A stretch of 64,000 nucleotides of DNA, taken from the NCBI RefSeq assembly GCF_964204645.1, contig NC_134028.1:8990001-9054000 (forward strand), given 5' to 3'. The translations under genes and the position numbers were made by a program. Below the pieces are notes generated by a model. That model was given only the letters and a program-made list of their open reading frames with translations. It was not told where the DNA came from and ran no database searches. Shown in pieces: positions 38,141 through 50,800 of this stretch. The DNA comes from Tubulanus polymorphus. Taxonomy: Eukaryota > Animalia > Nemertea. How positions within the stretch are numbered: position 1 is the stretch's first letter; the number at the start of each line of letters is the position of its first letter.

Positions 38141-38903
38141 CAGGGATCCCAGAGTTCCGCGGATCAGCGGAAATCAGCTGTTTTGCTCGTGATTTTGTAG
38201 TCTCCGAGATCGACGTAAATTTGATGTAAAAATTAAGGGGGGGTAGGGTGAGAATGACGATGCTCACTTGGTGCCGCTATGATTAGCGCGATCGTTGTTC
38301 TAACATTAACATTCAAAAATTCAATAGTTGATATAGAAGGCGAGGTGATGTGAAAGCAGGTAGTGGCGCTGTACGGTTAAGATACACGTGCGTTTAGACA
38401 GGCAACCAGTCTAGACTCAGAATTTGAAAGGCAACCAGTCCATTAGATGTTAGCACAGTTGTTCTCCACTATTCTTCCATTTACACTCTATTTCACGGAA
38501 TTTACCACATTATCCGGATTGATATCCAGATGCGATAAGTCGTGAGAGTCGGCCCCTAGTGTTCTCATTCAATGTTGATGGGATTTCGAACCATCTCATT
38601 TTCTGACTGAAGAGACTAACGCGAGAATCAAGGTGGCGGCCCCATGGTCTGACATGCCGATAATGCAGCTGCAAAAATACGCTATCTTCATGGAAAACCA
38701 CTCTCTTGGATGGAAACAATCTAAAATTCTCGAGCATCGAGGGGAGGACACCCCCCTCGAGCTTCCCTCCGCTCGCGCCTGCGGCTCTCAGGCACCCACT
38801 ACATGGGTGCTTTTTCGTGATACTGACTTATTCAATTTTCTACACCTTAGTTTTTTGTAACATCTGAAATTTCCGCGATTGCTGAGGGCCTTCTGGGATC
38901 CCC
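38141..38903. mobile_element. hAT-like non-autonomous element
   Basis: cagggatcccagag...ttctgggatccc inverted ends; ttaaatc is repeated on both flanks (near-8-bp TSD). Confidence 0.55.
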
Positions 38904-40382
38904 GTTAAATCCCTATACCCTAACTATGTTCAATGATTCAAGTATTTCTAGATTTATTCTATGTTTATTTGGACCATTGCAGTTTGAAGAAGGGTAGTAA
39001 TAATGAAGCATTTCTAGTGATTTTTAATAAACTTTTTTATGTGAAGGTATAATTGTAGGATTTTTAGTATTGTCAGGACTTGCTTTTCTAACGAATCTTT
39101 TAAGTATACATTTACTGTAAAGTTGTATCTAAGGGGCCCTCGATAATATATGTATAGGGTGTTCATTCAACTATATCGAGACTAATTTAAGACAAATATT
39201 TACCGGGTATTTGGAAATCTTACCCCCAGCCATTGAAGTGGATTTGAATCAGGAAGTTCGCTGATGAATTGATGAATTTACAAATGTCCCAACTGAAATA
39301 TTTATCAACTGTTATTTGATTGAAATAATGTACCAGAAAAAGTATTCAGACGCAATTCAGTTTATATTGGTCAAGTTCGAAAGGTGTAAAATCAGTCTTG
39401 GGGCTATATCAACCCTAAACAGGTCCAAAAAATGGGATGAGTTCAACGATTATTGAACTTGTACAGCTGTTATTTGAATAGTAACACGAAGCTGTAAAGT
39501 TTGTTCAACCGAAGTAAATATTGATTTCAAACGATATGAGTACAGCTAAAGACAGGCAAATACGTGTATGATATTACAGCGGAACACTTTGTTACAACGA
39601 ATTTCGGGGGACCAAAAATATGTTCGTCATAACCGATAGTTCATTATATCCAGTATGAAATGATTGAAATTTTCCAATTTGGGACAAAATCCTAGGTTTT
39701 TAAACCGATAAGTCGTTAAAATCCGAGAACGATATTATGAGGTTCCACTATATCTGCTATTTACTTGTCAGATCATGACGTGTAGGGTTTGATGGAAGCA
39801 TTACTGGCCTCCCAGTTTGCCCACTTATCAGTATGGGGGGGGGTTGATTACAATCTATGATAGGTTTCTGCAGCTCTCCTTAGACATTCGCTATTTCAAT
39901 GCAGTCTTGATACACTTTATGAAAGTAACAATATACTTGACTACTGGTTAATGTCTGGGTCGAGGTGTGCTGAACGTGCCTGAAGCCTCGACAATGAAAA
40001 AGTGGTAAGTAGTTCGCAAGGAGAGACAACAGCTCATTGTAAGCTGGTGGATCGTGAGCGAGAAGTTGCAGAAAACCTCGGGGGCACTTTGCATTATAAC
40101 TGTGAAATTCTGTTACACACATTATATATTGATATAAATGTTTCATGCATGTCGTAATCATTGTTATTGAAATAGTGGCTTTGCTCAGGTTGACAATAAG
40201 TACCTCATTTACATATGAAAATTATCAGGTACTGGTACCTCATTTGCATACCGGTATATTGAAAGAACTATTGGTCCATCATTTACGTAATATATTCAAA
40301 TTATCATGTTACTAGTTGAAATGTTGTTAAGATTATTTGTAAAATATATTGTACATATGAAATTGTATCATCCTCCCTTGGT

Positions 40383-40660
40383 AGGGATTCGAAACCTGAT
40401 CGCTGGACTCAGCCACGGCTCAAAATCCTGCCGCACTGGAACGAGTGCACAGGTTTGCCACACAAAAACTTGCGGCACCAATCAGATTGCTCGTTGTATG
40501 ATCGCTGAGGCAAATTTTACGGAAGAACTATAAATGGAAGGACCCGGGCTGAAATAAAACGGGATATCTGATTAGCTAATAATGACATCATCTAAGCTGA
40601 GCACTCGCTGTTAGTGTGGCAGGGTTTCGTACCATGGTGAGTCTCGATTTTCGAATCCCT
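40383..40660. mobile_element. MITE with AGGGATTCGAAA TIRs
   Basis: agggattcgaaa...tttcgaatccct termini. Confidence 0.55.
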
Positions 40661-41842
40661 GATGGGCGAGTATGAAATTATATAGGCCCTGATAGTAAGT
40701 AACGGGAAGTTGATGCCCCAAAATATCATTGCTCAAAAAACAAACTTGAAAACCCTGGAAAATTATAAGCAAAATTTTGTCTTAAAACAATGAGGCATTG
40801 AAAGAATGCTGAGAAAATGTAATAGATCTATTTGATATGTTATATGCGCAAAGATGAATGAATGAATTGTGGTCACGATGTCTTGCGTATTTTAGGGGAA
40901 TTTGTTTCCACGTTTTCTGTATTTTATTTCACTATTTGTTTCCCATGATGGATGCTCGTTATTGCTACCATTTGTGTAGTAGTGAAATATGTACCTGTCT
41001 AAAATCATAGGAGTCGACTTCATCGAATTTGATTGGAAACATAATTTACCTAAACCACGTAAGCCAGATGTTCGACAGTGATTTTCTGTGTATTGGAATT
41101 TTACAATTTTTTATTCAAGACTATGGCATGAAAAGAAATGGAAAAATAACACATAAATACACAATTTTGGTTTCGGTGGGGTGTATTATATAAATATTAT
41201 GTCAAATTATAACAGCCTAATGTTGAAATTTTATGCCAAACTTTGAGACTTCATGTTTTCACCGAATTACTTGAAAGTTGATCGATATACCGGACCGGTT
41301 AGGCCTGTGAAGTATTCTATTTATTGAAATTCTTGATAATACAAAAACTGTATCTATCTCCATGTACACGCGTTATTATATTGTTGATTAAATATATTTG
41401 TGGAAAAAAGTTTTCAGCTTTGTTTTTAACAGTCAGGCTCGTTTGGTGTTTGGATCTTGGACCCTCATAAAAGTGGGAAATAAATAAAACAAGAGTCATC
41501 AGAATATAAAACAATGAATAGGATTTTCTGCCAAACTGTCCGAAATTTTAAAAAAAACACCCCAATTTTGCTGCTTCCGAATGCTGTGCAGGGATGGACC
41601 GGACGAAAAAAAACAATCCTCTGGGTCTGGGAATAAAGAATTTGAATTTGTCAAACTCGCGTTATTTTGGAAATATCGCTCTCGAGATGCGACTTTATGC
41701 ATAGAACCTGAAAACTCGCCGTCATTGTTTATCGACTCCCCGGCGCCCGTATTAGCGATATGATTCAAGTCGGTTTTATTCGTTACTTATTACGAGTCAT
41801 CGACCTCTATTGAATGAGAAGTAACCACCACGTAGTGTCATC

Positions 41843-44800
41843 ATGGCGGAGGTAAACTATTTCGTTTTTCAACTTTACATTGGATCTAAGCTACTATTCG
41901 CTCTAAACTTCAACTCTACGAGCTCCTATAATCTAATCGTGTTATGTATCAAACTTCCTACGGGCCCTTAGTTGCCCTGAATTTCACAAAATTAAAATTC
42001 TAGAGGTAAATACCCCTGGTTTTATTTAATCAGATTTTACTTCCGGGTTTGAATGTTTAAAGTAGATTGTTCCACAGGCACTCGCCGATGGGCTTGGGAT
42101 ACAGTTGCTGGGGCTTTTGATAGCGTATTTGTGTTTTCACTCGTTATTCTGCATTAAATCCAAGAAAAATTTGTCTTGGTACTGATACGTTTAAAAAGAT
42201 AATGGCTGCTGGCTCCACACGCGGCCACTATCAGTCCTTTGAGAGTGCGGAAAATGAGCGGAAAATTCAATGCTGAAAAATAGCTGAATTTGAGCGGAAA
42301 TTTACTGAAAATGAGCGGAATTTAACATCTGTAGCATACTGAAAATGAGCTGAATTTGAGCGGAACGTGTCCCCCTTTCCGCTTATTTTCCGCTCATTTT
42401 CTGCTGAGTTCTCTTAGCTGTTTTTGAGCGGAAAATTAACAACAATTCTTTCAGCCTCGATTTGGACTAATTAGCGTTTTCAAATCGAGGCTGAACTATT
42501 CTGGAATGCCGCTTTCTTAAAAGCTGGCTTATGTCGACAAGCAACGACGCCTACCGAGCAACCGCGATCGCAGCCCAACTTACTGTCTTATGTTGAACCG
42601 ATAGAGCAGCAACTAGTGGCTTCTTGTAGGCGATAAACCCAGTTGTGTCGGTAGGCGTCGTGTTGCTTGTCATCATAAGCCATTTATTGGCTCGATTTCG
42701 CACGGCACGGCATCCCTATTATGATGTAATTTTTGCGTGCTCTTCCTGCCTTAGTTTTCTGATTTTTTAAACAATAGCAACAGCACAGGTACAGATCCAG
42801 AAGGGATTCGGGGGTCTCCATTTTTCCCCCTTTTCTGATCAAGTGCCCTTTTGAAAATCACAAGTGAAAAATTCCACCTGACATTGATCTATGACAAAAG
42901 TCCACAGTACTTCTTAAAGCTGTAATATGCACTAAAACTGTATAAAAGTGTACCTTAATTTTCAAAATTACCGCAGGACTCCGAAACCTCTTGCAAAGGA
43001 ATTGGGAGCCCTCCACCAGGTATATGATAGTCTCATGGTTCCTACGTACAGATTGGTCTTTCCAGAATTTTAGGGCTTTTTTAGGGTTTTTTAGATCATA
43101 ACCTAAATTTTAGGGTCCAATTATAATAAATTATCAACACGGTGTTTCTACTCAAACTAAAAACAAAAATCAAAAGCATATAACCATATGTATTAACAAA
43201 AACCCATATTTATTCTGCACTGTGTTCATATTCACAAAAGTAACAATGATAATCCTCACGATTAGAATGTCTATGCTCAAATCTGTGAAATTGCGTTTAG
43301 AGTTTCCATTTCTTCTTCCACAACAGACAGTTCACTGGCTTTTATCTTTTGCACGTCTTCATAATCTATTCGATTGTGTAAGAAGGGAAAGCGCTCTTTT
43401 CTCCTCAGCTTGGTCTGCGAGTGTCCCTGAAGTTGAATTCAATGAAATAATGTCCGTTTCGAGGCGTCTCTTTTTCGATGCGAATTTGACTAACTCGTCT
43501 TCATAGAAAGTCTCAATAGAAGAGTTTGACAATCATTGTAGAAACTCAGTTTAGCATCTTTTATTGCCACTTTGGTTGCAGAGCCAACTTTGACCTGAAA
43601 ATCAATATTGGATCAACATGAATTAGAATAAATTTTCTCTGAAAAATATCTACACTACAAAAGTGCAGCAATAAATATCGCATTCACAGCTAGTTCCTAT
43701 AAATGTAACATTTGATGAATATGATATTCCAGGACAGTTGAATATAAAGGCCTATGTAGAATGCAATTTCTTTAAAAGGTTCTTACCTTAACAGGAAGAA
43801 CTTTCTTCTCAAAATCAACATTTGTAATCTTGTATTAGTAACAGCAGACTGCATAACTTCAGGATCAACATAATCGTAACATAAGCCCTCGTAAAACTGA
43901 TGATGAGAGCTCTTCTTCTTAACTTTTACTAGCTCGGCTGAGTGGATTGTCGAATTAATCAACCACTCGGCCGAATAACCAACTTTCTGATACAATGCTT
44001 GGCCGAGCAAATGGCCGAATAACTTGTCAATTGGGACTGTATTTTATAGCTCCCTCCACGAGTTATGAGGTGCCCTTGTCATATGAGCTGAATCAATCCC
44101 CCAACCTCCCAGCCTGTATCTCCCCTGCAGCAATCAACAAAGTATATTGGAGTATCACTATACCTAATTAATCTTGGACTCCTTTCTTCCATGAACTTTG
44201 AAGTAGGATTAATCAAACATAACTTTAAACAATGAAGTTTTTTTCGTTAATGATAATGCAACTCTAAAGTAATAGGAATTTCAGGCTGAAATTGGGCTGA
44301 AAATCAGCTGAAATAGAACACTGTGGGGTACCAAATTAAGCTCTTTTTCAGCTCAATTTCAGCCAGAAAATGTTTCAATAAATTCTGCTGATTTTCAGCC
44401 TTTTGTTGCCAGGTGTAATTAGAGCTGAAATCTAGCTGAATTTTCAGGCACTTATAAATTCTTCCTTATTTCAGCTCATTTTCAGCTAGACAATTTTCTG
44501 CTTATTTCCAGCTCATTTTCAGTCCATTTTCCGCTCATAATTCAGCTCTTTTTCAGCTCAAATTCAGCAATGGGCTGATAGTGGGCGACTTCACAAAATA
44601 CTGAACAAACTTTGTTTTTCAATCTAAAATCAAAACTTTTATTTTATATGACACTAACTAGTGATATGACAGTTATATCCTATTATTCCATCCGACTGTG
44701 AGACACTATTGATTTATGAAACGTCTTCAGTAATATAAAAGAAAATGTAGTTGACGAAGCGTAAGCATATAGGAAAAACTTTACAGGCGTTGAGACGGCA

Positions 44801-47800
44801 ACACTAGGTCACCGAACGTCGTTCAACCGCTGAGTGACGTCATAACGAAATCCCGCTTTATTTGAATATAGAAGGGGAATCTTGTAGTCAGGTGCCAGTG
44901 TGACCTAGTGTTGCCGTCTCAACGCATGTAAAGTTTAAGAAGCCAGCTCATTCTTGTTATTTTGATATAGTAAAGTATCGCGATAGCCTGCTACTGATCC
45001 TTTATAGCCGATTGTCAATCAGAACTTTATAGCGGATAAATAAACAATATCAACACGAGGTATTTCTGTGATAATTTGAATTCATTTGCAGTTTAAATTA
45101 AGTGCCATTCTCGTGAGTCAACATCCCGGAAATGAAATCTAAGCCCCTGTGGTCTCAATTCATGGTTATGAGTCCAATGACCAATCCCGCAGTGCTCCTG
45201 TAGGCTTAGAAAATCTCAGGATTTGGAAATAGCAGCCCAGTACATATGCTAAATGTGATGAGTGTATAACCGTGCAATTTTTGCGATGAAATTATTCTTT
45301 TAGCTTATAAAACCCAGGAAGAAAGCCACTAAATATTTGGATGGATATATGGAAGCTGTGGGTACTGGAGTGTGTAATGGGTAGTGTAGTGTGATCTGTG
45401 TGCATTTGTGGCCAGCACACAGATCACATTGTTCATTGGGGTTTAGTCCAGGACTCGCAAGATTTTCAACAACACGGAAGTAACTTGTAATAAATGATGT
45501 CTTGAATTGCATGACTACCTACCACCCCTCATTATTGTTGGAAAAGTAAACGTTCCGCACTGACTAAAAATTAGTAATAATAATTAATAACATTTTAGAA
45601 ATGGCCAGAATTTTAACTTAGGTTCTATCTCATTTTTATTTTACAATTGCGATTGGTATAATTTTTTTTCAAACGGCTGTTAAGGCTTCATGTTTCGTCT
45701 GCAATTCACTGCAAATAGTTACGCAACTACGCACATTTCAAGTGTTTGTTGGCAGCTGTACACTCAATCGGCACCGTTCGTGACTAGCTTCACTGCGGAA
45801 TTATCATTAATTAACATCCCCATATCACATCATCAACTTATATTGTGCCTTAAAACCCTAACAGCCGAAATAATTGAAATGCACACACGATTTCTATCAT
45901 TGAAAATTGAGAGAGTGGCCGTGTTTTGTGTTCTGCTGCTTCGCATAAATCCCGCACGGTGGCGCCACCGAGCGGAGTGGGGCCGATACGTCAAGTATTT
46001 GATACCTCATAAACAGTGAATAACAGTATAGAATTGTTGATTTCTATCAGCGAAACGACGAAAGCAAGCCATCGTCATGTGTGCTGTGCGGCGATCCGGA
46101 CATGACAGGCATGATATGCGTCGTGCCAAGAGGTGTTAATACTTTATTGTTGTTTTCTTCAGGAGATGAAAAAATTATTTCACAAGCACAGGAAATCGTA
46201 AGTTTGAAATACCAGGCCGTACTTCCATTCCAATATACATTCACCAAGGGCGTTGAATTTTGAAGTAACAGTATTCCCATTGGGATCATTCATTTATTAC
46301 GTACGCATTACGGGAGGGGGGAGGGGTCAGTGCAATTGCGTACCGCAATGCTTAATGTACGGTATTTGAAAAAATGGCTGAAAAAGTCAAATTTCATGCG
46401 TACGTAATAAATGAATGATCCCTATGCATATTTTGTAATTGCATTCAATTGTTAAGTTGTAGCTTGCAACATATTCAACATTATTTCGAGTTTCAAGTTT
46501 CTGATTATGTTCACCAGGGATTGTTGTATTTTGAAATTATCAGATTCTAGTGTACACTGGTACGAGTAATCCCTATGTGGTGGCCCTAGACCTCTACTTC
46601 AAATTGTTCAAAACATCGTATATTTTCAATATTATGTCTAGTCTGGTTAAAGGCTATTTGGTATAACATATATAAAATGTCATGAAACGCGTCCGAAACC
46701 CCGGAAATATCCGGTACCTGGTAGTGCAAACACTATGGTCGAAAATATTCATCAATAATTGTGACTGTATGAGCATCTGACACCTCTGGGCCGACCTCCT
46801 CATTTTATTAGCAAAGAGCATCTGGAACAGTTTCTGGCCACAAAATCACAGTTAACAATTTTGTCTTCATAATTGTGGACATGATAAATCGCTGGACATG
46901 AAAATGAGCTGTTTGTTTTTTGAAAGGCGATTCGAAACCCTTATCCCCTTATACTAGTGACACCCACGCTTACTGAAATGACTAAGGGGCTGTGCATTAT
47001 TAAAGTATGAATGCCAGAAATTATAATTTTTAACCCTCCCTTTTGTGTGTACGCACTATAATGTGACAACACGTACATGTACTACGTCGTGACAACACTC
47101 CCCCTTGATCATTTCTACCTCTATACCCCTATTATACCCCTCCCTCTATAGATAAACCTCCATCAGTCGCTTGCCAGTTCAAACTGGTTGGAAGATTGTT
47201 TTCAACCAGAACCAAATTTCCCAATTATATACTTCGATTTTAGACAGAAATTCTGTAAAACTCGACCACTAATCACAAAACTATATCTGATTCAATAACT
47301 TTGATTTCAAAATCAAACCCAGCAGGTGTGGTGGGTTTGTGGACATCAAATCAAAAAATCAGACGAAATCTCTTTTGCTGCGTAGTTTGTGTATGGCCTC
47401 TGGGTTTTTGTTTGTTTGGTGCATATGAATTAATATTGTCCGTTTTATGTTTCAGCGTTGATGGCCTTCACGCAATTATCGTTACAGATCGGGATGGAGT
47501 TCCTATATTAAAAGGTAGATTATTTCTTCTATCTTTTCAGGGACCTAACTACCGTTGATAGAAACATCTTTAGTAGTTTACTAGCCGCATGTCCGAAGGC
47601 CATTTGGGCTTATGCATCTCTGGGTCAGTTGTGGTGTGTGTCCGTGAGTCGTTTCTTGTGAACAGTCTACAGACCACAGTTTTTGTCCGATCGTCTTCAA
47701 ATTTGAATATTGACTGTGTACGACCATAAAATTCAATATTGGTGATAATCTGATTCAAGATGGCCAATTGGTGACCATCTTTGATTCTAAAAATGCACAT

Positions 47801-50800
47801 TTAGGCTATCTACATGGTTCCCACAGAACAGCGAAATTGGGAAAAACTTTTTGAAATGATGAATTTTGAAATGGTAATTCCCGGTTAGGAAATATTCGGG
47901 AATTTGAAAAATTTTCCTCAAATCAGGGAAATTTTTGGGAAATTCATTACATTTCACGTATTGCATTTGCCCAGGGCAACTATCTTTTCTGCGATTTCCC
48001 TTGAAAATCACCTTTATCAACCAGTCACCACTAAATTGTTGACTGTAGCATGATGATATGTGTTCATTTCCATTTGGGAAAATTGAAAAATCACCCATGA
48101 AATACTTGGGAAAAACTTGCGAATTTTGAATTCATTTAACTGTGGGAACCATGTATCTAATCAACTAATATGATATGCCATGTATAGCTAACATTTTAAT
48201 TATGAGAATGTAAAATGGAATGGTCTATCATATGGCCAAACTAGGTCATGATATCATCCTCCATGATGGCCGACTGTGACTTTACGTAGCACCTGACCGA
48301 GCGGGATCAGATTCATTTGCATCTGAAGCAACTTATCTTATTAGATTTTCATTTCAGTTTGCGATGAAGCTGTGCCAGAACTGTCGACAAGACCGAATTT
48401 TTTATCAACGTTTGGCATAGCCACGGAACAAGCGAGCAAACTTGGACTACAAAAAAATAAGTCGATGGTCTGCATATATTCAAATTATCAGGTACCTGGT
48501 AATAGATACACTTTCGGTAAAGGTGTTCTAACGCCACGTTTAAACTCTTTCACTGCCAGCAGTTGCCCTCCGTTGATTGATAAGGGACCATTCATTTATT
48601 AGGTACAGGGGAAGTGGGGTATGTCTGCTAAGTACACAAGTATGCATTGAGGAGTTAATTGACATGTTGTACATATGCTAATACATGTATGGCTAATCTA
48701 CGCAATACGTGTCCACTTGAAGCTGCGAATACGTACTTAAAATGAACAAGTTAACAAAAAAGGTATTAATATACGTTTTTTCGTACGTACATATGCAGGG
48801 GGTGACTCTAAATGAACGTATGCTTACGTACAGGGGGAGGGGGTTAAAGAATTGAATTTCATTCGTATGTGATACAGGGGGAGGGGGTTAAAGAATTGAA
48901 TTTCATTCGTATGTGATAAATGAATGGTCCCTTGAGAAAATTTGAGATTTTGTAAAATTCCTCCTTGCATCTACCCTGTAGTGTGTGCTGTCTTATTAGT
49001 TACATCGCGTTTTGTCACAAGGGAGATTTTAACTAATTAACAATTACATGGGTATACCGCATGGCGGGTTACGTGCAGTGAACTGGTTGAAATAACTATA
49101 AAAAGTTAGTTTTAACGTGGCCTTGAAATGGATTGTACAGCAGTGTTGCCGATATGTAACAGAACTTAGTGGATGTTTGAGTCTTGTCATTTTTTTATGG
49201 CCCGAGTCAGCCACAGTTCAAACTTATATTTTCTTATGGTCTGAATAAGCCCATCATATAACTTATACTTTTAGGTAATACATTTGAATAAATTACCATT
49301 GATCGTAACACTGATTGCCAACAGCGAAGCAAATACAGGTATGAGTTTTTTTTTTTTAATCCTGAATCTTGCAATCATTTTGCCCAAAAATGGAAGCATA
49401 CCCCTTTGATATAAACTGTTTCGACTAGATTTGGGGTTTTCGATTACGATCTGTATTAATCTGTTTTGGCGTATGATTCAATGCCCATCAAATTAAGGTG
49501 CGTATATCATGTCTTGGCAAAACCTGTCATTAGTGGCCAGTTCCATAGTCCAGGCTTACGTCCAAAAAGACTGGTCCTAAGTAGTTATATTGGCTATTAA
49601 GATTGTCTTAGACTGATCTCTCTATGACATGGCTGGCTACAGGCGTGTATTAGTATTATGCACGTTGTGCTTAAGTTTGATGGACTAATGTCAGTATTTA
49701 CTTCGAATACATTCCCTGGGAAAATACACTATAGCCATATTGCTTTTGACTAGGCAGATAACTCCCGAATCGACTTTTGGTAGGGGCGCCGTAACATAGC
49801 GCCATCTGGCGAGACGCCATCATCTTTTTGCTTGGCGCTTGTTCTCTAGAGAACGTGTTTCGGCAGTGCTCGTAAATCGGTTAAAATTGTTCGTGTTGGA
49901 TCGGACATCCGTTCTAATTGATATAAGAAACAGACATAAGAGTGATTGATCTCGGAATAGAAGTCGAACCTCGGGTGAGATCGTTTTTAATCTATGCGCA
50001 ATTTCAACATTTTGCCACCGGTTTTCTACTTCCGGTTTCGCTGGAGCGCCGTGCTGTTTTCTTAGCGGCTCCTCCCGCCTTATATATTTAATAATTATCA
50101 TTCAACGTAATTGATTTCCGTCTCATCGTTATTTTCATTCACGAAAATTAATAATCTGTACTAAAAATCGTATCAATAATTAACCCTTCATTTCAGCTTA
50201 TTTTAGGGTTAAACATGTCGGATCACGACGTCTCCAGTTCCCCTAGGGGATCGAGATTTAAACGTAGGGGCAAGGTTGATACACCTACTAAGACCCCAGC
50301 GTCCTCATCGGGCAAGGTTGATACACCTGAATGCCCGGATACTCGGAAACAGGGCAATGATCCGGGACGATCCGTGTCTAGGTCCAGGTCCCGATCGAGA
50401 TGTAGTCGGTCAAACTCTTCGTCTCCTACTAGACGTAGGCACCAGCGCTCTAATAAAAAACGACGTCGTTCACCGTCCGACCCCAGCTCTGGGTCAAGGT
50501 CTCGTTCTAGGTCCCGTTCTAGAGTAAGTCGAACCTATTCTCTGTCACCTACCAGGCGTAGGCGCAAGCGTGCTCATAAGCAACAACGTCGTCGCTCACG
50601 TTCTAGATCACCGGCTGATAAGCCGTCTGACTCTAGTGACATCAAGAATATGCTAGCGATATTCTCGCAGGAGATCGCTTCCCTTAAGGAACAGCTAAAA
50701 GGTAAGGAACCCCCGGGCCCCAAGTCTCCATCAGTGCCAACAGGGCCGTCCTGCAACCCAACAGATGGGTTAGTGTTGGATGATGTCAACGATTTTTCTG

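Noticed and set aside
37582-38192. Overlapping 64-116-aa ORFs downstream of the ETNPPL-like stop
   Set aside because: No convincing motif; at most a highly decayed LINE relic.
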